A DNA stretch of 63,478 nt, counting the filler, from Gonapodya sp. JEL0774 (lineage: Eukaryota): the NCBI GenBank assembly GCA_027604505.1. It is 37 parts of 37 records of this genome, joined end to end, with 100 filler letters (N's around TTAATTAATTAA, not from the genome) between each part and the next. Parts side by side here need not be neighbours in the genome. Positions count along the whole stretch, not along the records: positions 13,826 to 15,451 come from JADIIX010002844.1; positions 15,552 to 17,177 come from JADIIX010002845.1; positions 17,278 to 18,902 come from JADIIX010002846.1; positions 19,003 to 20,626 come from JADIIX010002847.1; positions 20,727 to 22,349 come from JADIIX010002848.1; positions 22,450 to 24,071 come from JADIIX010002849.1; positions 24,172 to 25,791 come from JADIIX010002850.1; 30 more parts are not named here. One strand, written 5' to 3'. Shown one piece after another: positions 13,826-25,605 of this stretch; position 1 is the stretch's first letter, and every line of letters begins with the position of its first letter. Under the pieces are notes generated by a model. The model saw only the letters and a program-made list of their open reading frames with translations, was not told the origin of the DNA and made no database searches. The position numbers and the translations under genes were made by a program.

Positions 13826-15451
13826 GCACATTTCACGCAGTTTGAAATTTGTTCAAACAAGCTTATGATGGATGTGACCTCTTCTCTCTTAGACCTGTTT
13901 TGTATTGATCCGTCGGTCAAGGCCGCTCCCAAAGCCAAGGTTGAAGAAAAGTCAAACGAGCCAAAGTTCGTGTCGATCCTGGATGGTCGCAGGGCACAGA
14001 ACGTTTCTATTGCTGTCGCTGGTTTCCTTCGTGGCAAGGACATGAATGTTCGAGGACTTCGACGTGCAGTGGCCTTGATGGATTCGAATCTCGTCGAACC
14101 AAGCGATCTGCCGAAACTTATTCCTCTGTTGCCCACTCCTGAGGAGAAAAGCCAGATTGAAGCCTACGCAGAATCCAACACTGAAACGGATCCAAAGGGC
14201 GAGAAGCTTGGACCGGCGGAGCAGTTTATGCTCGAAATTTTGAAGGAGCCCAATTTTGAACATTACGCTCTTTGTTTTGTGTTCAAAGCGGAACTCTCTA
14301 CCGAACTGGAATCAATCATGGGCCGGCTTGAGCAAGTGCGATCGTTGTTTGACAAGATTCGCGCTTCGGAGAACTTCCGTACACTCTTAAAGGGGGCAAT
14401 CGAAACAGGAAATCTGAGCAATTACACATACAGTGGACAGGCGGTGAGCTGGAGGAACACCAAAACTCGAGCTTTCGCAGTGAAAGTGGAGTCGCTGACC
14501 AAACTAAGGGAGTTCAAGAGCGTGGATCAAAAATTTACACTGATGAACTTCCTTGCGGAAAGTATGGAGCGGAATCACCCAGAGGTGCGTTTCGTGGTTT
14601 TTCTGCGACATCTTTATTACGTGATTAGATGTGGAATGGCTGCGAAACTCTCATTTCCAGGTGACCAAGCTTCCCAGTGAGCTGAAGGAGCTGAAAGACG
14701 CCAAGTCCATCTCTCTTCCACTGATCATCGAGGACTATCAAGCTGTTCAGAATCGTTTGGATCAACTTCGTGGTTACAAATACCGTAAGCAGCCGAAGAA
14801 AGTCGCAGATGCTGACGCCGCGGAGATGCCCGACTATCCAACTGCTGACGCGTTTGAGAAAAATTTCGCTCCGCTTCTTGAAAAGGCGGAGAAGTCTGTT
14901 GCAGAACTCCGCGAGGCGATATTTGCGACGAAGAGCTCGTTCTTCGCGACTGCCAAGTACCTTACCGAGGATCTGAATGACTATCAGGCAGTTTGGGGTC
15001 CTGCGGACACGGATAAGGACCGCGAGGAAAGTGCACCCACCAAAAAATTGCCAGAAGCGTTGCTAGGTGTTGTCGAAGCCTTTGTTACTGCTTTCTCCGA
15101 AGGCATCACTCAGAACCACATCAAGAAGGCAGAAATTGAAAAGGCAGAGAAGAGGAAGAAGAAAGAAGAGGAAGAGCGTGTTCGAAAGGAGCGAAAGGCA
15201 GCAGAGAAAGCCAAAAAAGAGGCTGCAGCGGCTAGTGATCTTGCAGAGAAGGTGGTCGGAGATGCTGAATCTGCAGATCGAGGGTCACGCAAAGGTAATC
15301 GCACGCGGAGAAACTCCAAGGCCACTACAGCGATCAGCGCTGTCAGTGCTAGCGCCCCAGAACTCTCGCAAAAGGTCGACACGGAGAAGGTACTCTCTGA
15401 ACCAGAAGTTCGCAGGTCAGTCAGTGAGCCTGTAACACGGGACCCGTCTGC
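13826..15451 (+). CDS. Formin, FH2 domain and C-terminal tail, partial
   Basis: ILDGRRAQNVSI retains the conserved Ile. Also LPTPEE, LGPAEQFM, IETGNLSN (GNxxN) and KVESLTKLREFKS..TLMNFL (conserved Lys). Intron at about 14585-14660; charged coiled-coil tail. Confidence 0.92.
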
Positions 15452-15831
15452 NNNNNNNNNNNNNNNNNNNNNNNNNNNNNNNNNNNNNNNNNNNNTTAAT
15501 TAATTAANNNNNNNNNNNNNNNNNNNNNNNNNNNNNNNNNNNNNNNNNNNNTTCTAGTATCTTCGAACACTTGACCGGACTCGTAGTAGTAGTAACCGAG
15601 ACGAATCTTGCATGTCGGAGACGAGCCCAGCGCGAGAACCTTGATATGTAGTCGAGACGATGATTTGAAATAACATAAGTATCGAAAGGAACTCTGCGTG
15701 TCTCTGTTGACGCAGCACGGAGATCGGCATGAATCGAGGAAAGCATCCAGTCACGATAAGGTGCATGCATGACCCGAGACAATATCTGGATGACAGGCCG
15801 ATGTGTGCGCTGCCAGCGGTTGCCTTTCGCT

Positions 15832-16040
15832 CCTCAGTTCGGTTTGACTCCTGTAGATTCGATTTGACTCCTCGATTCTGTTCCATCCTCAGTTCAGTTC
15901 AACTCCTCGATTCGGTTTGATTCAAGACAGTCCGATGAGTGAGTGGCTGTGACCTCTCGCCCCTCAGCTCGGCTCGATTGGGTTCATTTCAGCTCGGTTC
16001 AGTTCAGTTCAGTTCGAATCGGTCCAATTCTGTTCTGTTC
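15832..16040. repeat. Degenerate pentamer/18-bp tandem repeat (TCAGT/TCGGT/TCGAT units)
   Basis: Units ctcagttcggtttgactc, ctgtagattcgatttgactc, ctcgattctgttccatc, ctcagttcagttcaactc and ctcgattcggtttgattc, followed by (ttcag)n near 15996-16015. Confidence 0.6.
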
Positions 16041-17054
16041 AAAACCAAAGCCAGCACAAGTGAAGACCAATATAACTCTACAGACACTCCATGCCCCCGT
16101 CATCCATGGCTTCTTTCGGACAGATTCTTTCGAGCTTGCGGGTCTCCAGTCGTCGTCGTTACCCACCGCCAACAGTGATTTCCGGCATATGCCCTTCGCT
16201 TCGCTCTTGATCTACAATGGACATTGCGCGTTTAGGACGTAATACAACTCGCGATTTCATTGCGTGGCGTAATCCCGTTGTACTGTTCCCGTTCTCAGAC
16301 ACGAGGACAATGTCATTAACACGATGACTGCGAAATAAATGTTTTGCGAGTTGAACACAATGACCTACTATGTCGACTTGAGTCAATGAATAAGGTAGTC
16401 TCTGGTGAAAGATCCTGATCTCGTCTTCTTCCCGCTGGCGACAAGGTGCTTTGGGAGCTCGAGATGATGTTGGGAATCCGATCCTGTCCAACGATCCTTA
16501 GTTCAACGATTCCCTACATGCACAGTCGTCACGGAGTGCTTTGAAAACCCTGGAAACGCGATACGCATCGGGGTACATCGATATTCTCCCGGATTGGTCG
16601 GTTCACAAACCCACCGAAACCTTTCCAGGGTAGGGGTTCGAATTTCAAATCGCCTTGTTTCCTCGCGACTAGGATCACGGCTACGATGATTTGGGTTCGG
16701 TTTCGGACGACCGGTTCCATCGTTCTCGGCATTCTTGGAAACGACGAAGAGGTTTGGTATAATGGTACATTCGAGGACGTGATCGATATCTCGCCCTGGT
16801 ATGAACCGAAGTGCTTTCTTCCGAGACCTTTGGTAGAAAACAACGAGGATATCTTCTTACTGATGCGTTATGGGTGGTCCTTTCGTTTGACAGGTCTTGC
16901 CGTTCAGAATAATTTTGGGAAGGTTTACTGATATGCAGAAAGCACCGATTCTAAATTTACTGTACAGAAAGAATAAAAGTTTATCTATCGCTGCCCATAT
17001 TCAACGTATCTTTGGGCCAGCGTCCCGTGGTGCGTACTCTGTGCAGTCATTCAC

Positions 17055-17168
17055 TCACGATCCTGCGAACACAGGATCCGCCAGAACCTCTTCGATGGTG
17101 GGGCGTTTTGTCGGTTCCCTGTCCAGCATTCGACAAATCAGCTCTACCACTGGATTGAGGGAATAAAG
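17055..17168 (-). CDS. Protein kinase, last exon (subdomain XI)
   Basis: After an AG acceptor the frame reads LYSLNPVVELICRMLDREPTKRPTIEEVLADPVFAGS-stop (ML..DP.KR.T..E.L.HP.F pattern). Confidence 0.7.
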   Translation of the reverse strand, partial: LYSLNPVVELICRMLDREPTKRPTIEEVLADPVFAGS

Positions 17169-17277
17169 CTACAGATCNNNNNNNNNNNNNNNNNNNNNNN
17201 NNNNNNNNNNNNNNNNNNNNNTTAATTAATTAANNNNNNNNNNNNNNNNNNNNNNNNNNNNNNNNNNNNNNNNNNNN

Positions 17278-17696
17278 ATCGGGCCTGTTGTACAACCTGA
17301 TACCCACAGATGCATGTTGCCCTATGATGAGACCCCAAGATAATGTCTATGAAGGAGAGCAGCACCAAAGCAGCAACAATTTGGCTTTGGCCAAGGGTCC
17401 ACACTCACATCGCAATCTCCTGGTGTCACTCGCCACCTCAAAGTGCGTTCAGTGAACAGATCATTGGCGATCGCCGACGCCCTAACTTGCGGATCCATTT
17501 TCACGTACTGCGACTCCCTCCACCGCCTCCATAACGTGCCGGAGATGGTTAGGCGAGCTGTCGTAAGGTGCCATACCAGCGGGAGATTTCGATAATTGAG
17601 TCCGGCCAACACGAGCACAAGAACCTTGAGAGTTTCCACCGGAGTATCCGGAAATAGACTGAAAAGCTTGACAGCTTGAGATGATGCGTCTGGCAT
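17278..17696 (-). CDS. THEM6-like hotdog-fold thioesterase family protein, 5' part
   Basis: An N-terminal hydrophobic stretch, NYRNLPLVWH, and RWRVTPGDCD spliced to GNMHL (D.D.N.H motif). Confidence 0.65.
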
Positions 17697-18320
17697 CGCC
17701 CGTCCTGAAGGATCTCCTGAGGATAACGAGTGAATATATTCTGCTTGAATGGGTGTGGCGGATATCAAGCTGATATAATAATGAGGGATTTCATGGCGAC
17801 CCGATCCAGGAAAACTTCAGAAAGATAATTCAATTTACAGACGTGTTCTTCACATTTCAAATGGAATTATGCCCGTGCGAGTGTACATGCGAATCCTGTT
17901 GACTCCACAAAACCAGGAAGACTTTCGATGCCCGCATTACTTGAGCGAAAGCTCATCCCGGCGATGCAGAACAGAACAAATCCCGTCATCGTTTCCCTGT
18001 GTCTTCTTGGTGTAGGATGTTGGCAATACTAAATATCCGACAAATTACATCTGTGCACGGTAGCTTTTGTGCCTGCACGCTCAACTCTTTCTTACCGCCC
18101 CGTGAGTGCTCAAAGGGCCATGCCCACGAGCTTCTGCCGCCGGAAATGATAGAAAGTCTCACACATGCTCTCCACCGTCGCACATGCCCGTCAAAACGCT
18201 CAAATTGCGATCGTATGATTCTTGCTGCGGATCCTGTTTCTGGCAATGTTTTTTTACCAGACGAGCGGCTTGTAGCGTTACTCAACATTTTGCTCAGACT
18301 ATACGTCGGAAAGAGAAGAC

Positions 18321-18902
18321 ATGGACGGAGATGCTGCGAGAGTGGATGCCATGGATACCGACACCGCGGCCCCAGTGACCTCAAAGCGAGCCAGGTCCGA
18401 GGATAGCCACAGAAGTCAAAGCCGCGAAGGTAAGGTAATCCCTATAGTCTCGTGTACCTTTTGGTTTCGTCTTCAAGGTGTTCTTTCAATTCATCTAGAC
18501 CGCCGAGACTCTCAGAAACGTCCTCGCAAAGTCTCCAGGTCTCCTAGTAGCGGAGGTGGGAGGTACCGGGACTCGTATTATCCAGATCGAGATGGATATG
18601 GAAGGCGAGACGAGTTCGATGAGAGGGCACCGTATGTGTGGGTTTGATTGTCCCCCGAGAATTGCTCCCTACCTAGAGTTTCAACTGACAATACGACATC
18701 ACCTTGCCAGTGCACGTACAGTCCACGTCCGTGACCCTATGAAGCTTGAACATCCCGCTCAGTTCTCCCAGTTTCGCGACTGGTACAGGCAAGAGAAGGA
18801 CGCCAACGTAGGGGACGAAGTGTTACGCAAAGAGTTTGACGCGTACAAGGAGAAGTTCAACAGACAGCAAATCGAAGCCTTCTTTGAGAAAATGAAAGAC
18901 GT
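18321..18902 (+). CDS. Ars2/SERRATE-like RNA effector, N-terminal part
   Basis: An RS/RD-rich N-terminus is followed by DPMKLEHPAQFSQFRDW...KEFDAYKEKFNRQQIEAFFEKMKD, resembling the SERRATE/Ars2 N-terminal domain. Confidence 0.75.
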
Positions 18903-21286
18903 NNNNNNNNNNNNNNNNNNNNNNNNNNNNNNNNNNNNNNNNNNNNTTAATTAATTAANNNNNNNNNNNNNNNNNNNNNNNNNNNNNNNNNNNNNNNNNN
19001 NNGAGATGCATGGAGAGGAAGACATGCTGGCAAAGGGAGCAAAGAAGGAAGACCTTGCGGCGAACGGAAACTACTTGAGGGAGTAAGCGAAGATTGCTAC
19101 ATACATTACTGTGCATATTGTAGAGTTGAGTAAATTAGACAGCAGCCATGAGATTTGGCTCGACAGTTCTCCCGATTGTTCACTTTTAATTATGATTACT
19201 GTAACAAGGGAACAAATTACAATTGTAAACGATAAACTATCAGAGATGACGTTCCGAACGATTGAGTGGTTATGTGGTATGCTTGTATAAAGTGGTGAAG
19301 ACTCATGTTAGAACTCAATTTATGGACAATCCACAGCGATCATCACCACCACCTTGGCGAGAGCCAGGTCCACCATCTCCTCTGATCCACTCAATTGTTC
19401 AAGACCCGCCCCCAGCATTCCATCCGCTTCAAATAACTCCGGGCCGCCGATTGTTGCCGCTGCACACTAAGTGTTGGGTTTGTCAGAGGGAGCGAGAGAC
19501 GGAGGGAGATTGCGGCGTGCACTGGCTGCACCAGCGAGGTGCGGAAAGATTTCCGACTGTCGCTCAGCCACCCACGTGAGCAATCGGTCTGAATTCACAG
19601 GATCCTGAATTATTGCCTTTTGCGGGCGTTCGATGAGATGGGCAGCGCCTTTGACCGTAATTGCTGATTAAGTGAGAACAAGGTTTATAAAACAGTTCAC
19701 GTTTTGACTATTCTTACCAAGTCCACGGTTCCATGTGCGCCCAACGGCACGCAATGCTCGGATGGCAGTTGCAACCGGAAGCCTCGTCTGCATGAGGAAC
19801 TCCATGGCTACTCTGCGATGCGCAAGGGGAGGGATTTCCGCACCAGAAGTGTCATCGGGACTGTTGAGGTTTGATGCTTTTGCTGAGCTTGTACTTCTCA
19901 GAACCGCTTGAATGGCGGTTAGAATGGTGATCGTGCTCATCCCAACTAATCGAGATTTCGGTGGGAAAAAAATGGTGGGCTGACACCGTCTCAGAACAAA
20001 ACAGACAATGTAACTTACGACCGAAACCCCAGGCACCGGATGAATGGTGAACCAGCAACCCATCCCCGTGAATCTCCAAGAACAAATGAAGTGCTGTTAA
20101 CCCATCTCTACTAAGGTCCAGGCATGTAACAAAAGCGGGACTCCCCATCCACACGGCAATGAAAGGTTTTGTGGCCGGCCCTTCAGGATTTCCGAGCTCC
20201 GCGGTGCTCCCAGTTACGCCGAATGGCCCACTACTTCGGCGGCCTCTATTCACGTTGAGTGGAGCCACCGGAGCGTTCCAGTACGCACTCAAGAAGTGAT
20301 ATTGGATAAATAGCATAAGCGCCTATGGGAGGGCCGCGACGTCTGGGTGTGGAAGTTGAGGTTGGCTTCCATTAGCGTCAGTCGCAGGTGTTCCCGGTTG
20401 TTGTACGTTCAGCAGCATGAAAGCGGGAATACCATGTCGCCATGGCATCTACAGCTTCACTATTAAGTGAAACTGCCATTCGCAGAGAGAGTGGAAGTGG
20501 TGGAGAAAACACATTGACGAGAGCAGTGTTGTCGCTGAACGAGAAAAGAAGACAGCACCAACATTGATAAAAGTGTGTTTTCGGACAGATTAACTCGATC
20601 ACACACACAAATTCGAGAATTTTCCCNNNNNNNNNNNNNNNNNNNNNNNNNNNNNNNNNNNNNNNNNNNNTTAATTAATTAANNNNNNNNNNNNNNNNNN
20701 NNNNNNNNNNNNNNNNNNNNNNNNNNGTCGGTGGGGAAGGGGCAGGAGCAGTGAAAGGAGGGGTTGGAGGACAGCGAAGGGGGAGGTTTGTGGTGAGAAT
20801 GTTGGTGTACAAATAAATTAATTCATACGCGTAGAGTAGGAAGAAACGAGTTTTATCGCAGATTCAGTGCATGTGAATGATGCTGGCAAGAGTTCGTGGG
20901 AGACAACTCGCAGTCAAAATACATAAACTTGCTCAACGTGCCATTCACCCCGATTCTTTGTCACGAATCCAACAGCCCCAAGAAACAAAGTATCAAATGA
21001 AAATTTCCATCTCCTGGCTGAGTCGATCTGTCCACTTGCCCCAGCGGCTGGACCGGCCGATCCCATTCGCCCGCGAGCGAGTGCATAAATTCCCCAGGCG
21101 CTCTGTGAGCTCCGGCTCGAAACGAAACCTGGCTGCTGTATCTATCGTCTAGCCTTGGAGAGAGTGGAGCTTCGTGTGTCTCGAGCAAAATTCAGATAGT
21201 ACTCTCGCGTCGATATACATATTCCGTCCGATCCAAACACCCGAATCGAATCAAACCCGCCACTTACTGATCAATAGCGATTGAGA

Positions 21287-22349
21287 ATGTCCGCTGGAAT
21301 GAACTTGTCCGCGATCGAGAGAGGGGAGACGGCCGCCAAGGGTGTACCACAAGAAGGAGCCACTACACAAACGGGAGACGCGACTGACGATGGCTCACTG
21401 AATTGCGAAACGGAAACTAAATCCGAATCGAAAAAAAGTCTGGTAGTATATGCAGCGCTCGCGCTGGCCATGGGAATGGGAGTGACGGCGTTGGATGGGA
21501 GTAAGTCTTGACAAGGGTGCCGTCGTTTTCTCGGAAGGAGGTTCGCTCATACATAGCCGTACCAAATCACTGTCAGCTTTCGTTGGTGAGGAGGAGATTT
21601 ATTCTTGCCCCATGTATGATGGTCCTCTTCCACTCCATTCACGTGCGGTGTTTGTTCCCGGTCACTAGCGACCATGCTTCCCACCATTTCGAAGGATTTG
21701 AATGGGGATGGGTTTTACCAATGGGTAAGAGTTGATTCATATTGTAGATATGACATTGTATGGACCTTTTTATCTCTTGATCCCGACGCAATTCAGGTTG
21801 GGACAGGTGCTATTCCTTCCTTGCTCTCCTTTCTGCTCTAACAACGGTCAGTTACCGTCACTAACCATCACCAACGTACTCCCATGGAGTCCAGGCTACC
21901 TCCTTTCGTCAGCTGCGCTCATGCCTGTGTGGGGAAAGCTCTCGGATATTGTGAGTTTATCCATCGCGGTTTCACATCTTGATCGCTGAAGTCACAGAAC
22001 TATCTCCCAGTTCGGCCGCAAGGAACTCCTCATGATTTCCATGTCCGAGTTCACCATATGTTCCGCCCTGTGTGCCTTGTCCAACTCCATGATCATGCTG
22101 ATCGTCGCGAGGGTGTTCAAGGGGATCGGAGCCGGAGCGATCATGTCGATTTCTCTGGTCGTGATGGGAGAGATTGTTTCGCCTCTCGAGCGAGGGAAGT
22201 ATATGGGCATGTGAGTTATCTTGGCGATGGTGGGTCGGATCTGTGAACTCGGGAACTCATTTCGTTCGTTGCCCAGTTTGGGTGCAATATCGGGTTTCTG
22301 CGCGGTGATCGGTCCTGTAAGTGTGAGCTCAGCACGTCGCACAGTCCTT
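21287..22349 (+). CDS. MFS drug:H+ antiporter (DHA2-type), 5' part, many introns
   Basis: ALAMGMGVTALDG, GYLLSSAALMPVWGKLSDI|FGRK (motif A) and MIMLIVARVFKGIGAGAIMS..VMGEIVSPLERGKYMG (motifs B and C). Confidence 0.9.
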
Positions 22350-22449
22350 NNNNNNNNNNNNNNNNNNNNNNNNNNNNNNNNNNNNNNNNNNNNTTAATTA
22401 ATTAANNNNNNNNNNNNNNNNNNNNNNNNNNNNNNNNNNNNNNNNNNNN

Positions 22450-23474
22450 CGGCCAGGTCCACCTCGACTCTCCAAACAGCGCTGAGAGCGCACGGGCCGA
22501 GGTCACCTACTCACCTCGCCTCGATGTAGTCGCGGTATTGCTCCAACACGGAGCGGGATCCATCAGTGCAGACATCTTGTCCGCCACCAGGACTCTGGGC
22601 GACAAACGGTTCGCAGACCTCCTCGAAAAACGCCTCGAAGCGGATCTCAATAACGCCATCGCGGTTGCCACTGGACGTGGAGGTGGCGGGGAGGATTTCA
22701 AAGCCCAGGTGGACGTGCTGGCCACCCAGGTGGAGCAGCTCACGGCGAGGTCTTGGCTGACACGGACAGGCTGCAGCGCAAGGTGATGGATCTGGAAGCT
22801 GTGAACAGAGAGCTTCGGGTGAAACTGCAGGTGGCTGAGCGGCAGACGGCGGCGCTCTAGTCTACCAGACTCGAAGAGACGACCTCCCAGCTGTCATCCA
22901 GGCTCGACCAGACAACCACACAACTCAACCAGACATCCTCCTGACTCAACCAAACCACCGCGACCTGTCCCACTCCTCTACTCAAACCTCGGCCCGGGTG
23001 ACCCACCTCGAGCACCAACTCGCCTCCCACCTCGATCACCATCGATCCACCCACGCCGCCGGGGGCGACGCCCAGCCCGCCCCACCCCCTCCGCCGGTGG
23101 ACGTCAATCATGCACGTGGTGGCCGATTTCGTACCCTCGGATCCGGACGAAATGGCACTCGCGGTGGGGAACGTGGTGTTTTGCAACTTTAGGTGTGCAG
23201 ACGGGTGGGGGTCGGTGGGTACAATGGTGTGGTGATGGGTGGCCCGGACCTCCTCGTGTCGAGATGGGTCGACGTGACTGACGACTCTCTCCTCCTGTCT
23301 TTCCCGTCTCCTCTCAGGGCTTCAACGCCACCACAAACTCCTCGGGGTTCTTCCCCATGGCCTGCCTCTCGGACACCCCGACGCCTATCCCCGCGCCGGT
23401 GGCGATACCAGTGCGTACAGCGTCGGTTGAGATCCCTGTCAGGACGGCGGTGGCGAACCCGTTTGTGGGGGTGA
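22450..23474 (+). pseudogene. Ankyrin-like end + coiled coil + SH3 protein, frameshifted
   Basis: DVVAVLLQHGA resembles an ankyrin end and is followed by a heptad-rich region. The SH3 reads HVVADFVPSDPDEMALAVGNVVFCNFRCADGWGS|GFNATTNSSGFFPMACL (about 23110-23370). Joining the parts requires several frame changes and crosses in-frame stops. Confidence 0.65.
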
Positions 23475-24490
23475 GAGCGGCGGCCAGCAGGAGGGTGGTG
23501 GGGGACGTGAGGGGACCGATCAGGTGAGAACGATTTGGACTGTGGTGTTGTGGGGTGTGACTGATGAGCCCAGGAATTCATGAACTTATCAGTCGGAGTA
23601 ATTTTTCGGTCAAAAAGTAAGTTATGTACACTTTTCTGTAATGAGAGTAAGGGCATACATTATAGTAGTTGTACGATAGTTTTGTGACGCGGCCCAAGGG
23701 TGATCAGCGTCAAGTTATTTGAAAGAACGGCCAAAACACGGCACACACGAGTTTCCATCTCTAAGAAACCGCTACATCACTCACAAATATTAAACCGGGA
23801 ATGGATAGTTCATTCAGAACGGCGGTTATGGCAAATCGGTTCTGGCTCCACCCACCTTATGTTCCACTGACGTGACTTGCTTGCAACTGCAAGCTCGCCG
23901 TCCCAAGTCCTTGTTTCGTGGTGCCTCTCAACACTCTCCACAAGCAGGCCCTTCCTTGGCGGCGATGTATTGGACTTTCGGAGCAACGGCGTCGGGCCTG
24001 TGGAAACGGTTGTTTTGTGGACGGCGGCGTGTTGAATGAGTGGTTGAAACGACTGGTACGCACACGAGAAGNNNNNNNNNNNNNNNNNNNNNNNNNNNNN
24101 NNNNNNNNNNNNNNNTTAATTAATTAANNNNNNNNNNNNNNNNNNNNNNNNNNNNNNNNNNNNNNNNNNNNGAGTTGTTGCAGGTGATAACGCGACGGGG
24201 GCGGGGACTGTCCGTTTGAGCCATCGGCGATGTGTGGAGAGACTGGGTTGGTTTGCTTGGGATGGACTGCGTGTGCAAGATTCTTTGTGTGCACGGTCGA
24301 GGTTTTGTTGCGGAATCCACCACAAAAACCCAACCAATCCAATGCCAATGCCATACCCATTCCCATGCAGGGAGAGTGAACATGGATGGACAAAGCACAG
24401 GGATATGTGAGACTTCAAAAAATAGTATTATAAACCGTCCATCCCTAGTAAAACACTGTATATACGCGTCCGTTATTCTTCTCGATGGAG

Positions 24491-24969
24491 TTAAGCTCGT
24501 GACCTATTGCGAAGAGTAGTACGTTGGTGGAGTGGGTGGACGATCAGATATTGATGGGCAAGGAAGAGCAAGAATGTAGGGATGATAATCTTGCGGATGA
24601 AGAAGGAGAGGAGAGTTGTGATGCCGTTTGACAGGGCGAGGAAAAGAACGATCCTCAGGAAGTCATAAACGGTCAAATGCTGGGATTTGCATAACATGAG
24701 TGATAAGGGGTGAAGAGCGTGGAACATGGCGAAGTAGATAGCGCCGGAAACCGAGTCTGCAATTGCCGCAAGCTAAGTCAGGTTTTGGGAGTAGGATGAA
24801 ATGAGCAAGAGAAACGTACCTGACAATGGCGATTGTGTATAGTCGGTGGTGCGTACAGCCGTAGTGGCGGGTGGTAAGGTCGAATGTGGCGACGTGGACG
24901 GGCGCTCGCTGGGAGGGATGACGCCGACTGACGGGGTAAGAGGAGAGGACGGTAAGTATGGACGTGCAT
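24491..24969 (-). CDS. Small hypothetical hydrophobic protein with one intron
   Basis: A GTACGT...CTGACTTAG intron joins an Arg/Pro-rich exon to the hydrophobic exon LAAIADSVSGAIYFAMFHAL..FLRIVLFLALSNGITTLLSFFIRKIIIPTFLLFLA; TATATATA lies upstream at about 25087-25094. Confidence 0.35.
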
Positions 24970-25125
24970 AGTGAGAGATAGTTGACTGGAGACACAAACT
25001 GTTCGGCCAGGAGAAGCTGGTTTGGGCAAGCATGGAGAAGTGGGAGGTGTGGTGGCTGTATGAGATCCTGATCCCAAAGATGCACCTATATATAATGAGC
25101 GGTGGGGATGGCGCAGACTCCACGA

Positions 25126-25162
25126 TTTTTTTTTTTTTTTTTTTTTTTAATTATTTTTTTTT
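25126..25162. repeat. Poly(dT:dA) tract
   Basis: T23 at 25126-25148, then aatta and T9. Confidence 0.9.
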
Positions 25163-25295
25163 CAACTCAACATGAGTTCGACGTGAGTTACACACAGAAA
25201 GAGATGCGGAGTTTGGCGGAAGTGCAGACTTCAACAGTCGCTGGTATGTGGACTGTGATTTGAAAACTTTTGGAAAACTTAGGGATGGGGATGGG

Positions 25296-25605
25296 ATGAA
25301 GATTTCGAATCTTGATCCTGGAGTGATGGAAGTATAAAGACGGGTGGATCGCATTCCCGATCAGGTTGAAGTGGAGCGTGGAGAAGGAAAAGAAGGAGCT
25401 GATGCCACCAAAGGACTGGCAGGAGCTCACGCTGGACAGTGTGAAGTGTCAGCTTCTGCCAATCCATTGGTGGGAGAAGGTCATTTGTGGAACGTTCAGT
25501 ATTCCATGTGAGGGTGATTGGAAATGCGATCCAGCCCTATTTGCAGTAGTTAGCGAGATGATGCTCGATTTAGATTTGCGCCGACGTCCAATAGGGAATG
25601 TATAA
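25296..25605 (+). pseudogene. Possible degenerate Prim-Pol (bifunctional primase-polymerase) N-terminal fragment
   Basis: YKDGWIAFPIRLKWSVEKEKKELMPPKDWQELTLDSVK...AVVSEMMLDLD resembles the GW.VFP...K.P..WQ...hD.D pattern; the start is frameshifted and the stop is early. Confidence 0.35.

Noticed and set aside
16500..16931. In-frame TAGs in protein-like frames as evidence of stop-codon reassignment
   Set aside because: Conserved genes (PGM, RNR1, PRP8) translate cleanly in the standard code and TAA/TAG/TGA all act as terminators; decay explains this region better.
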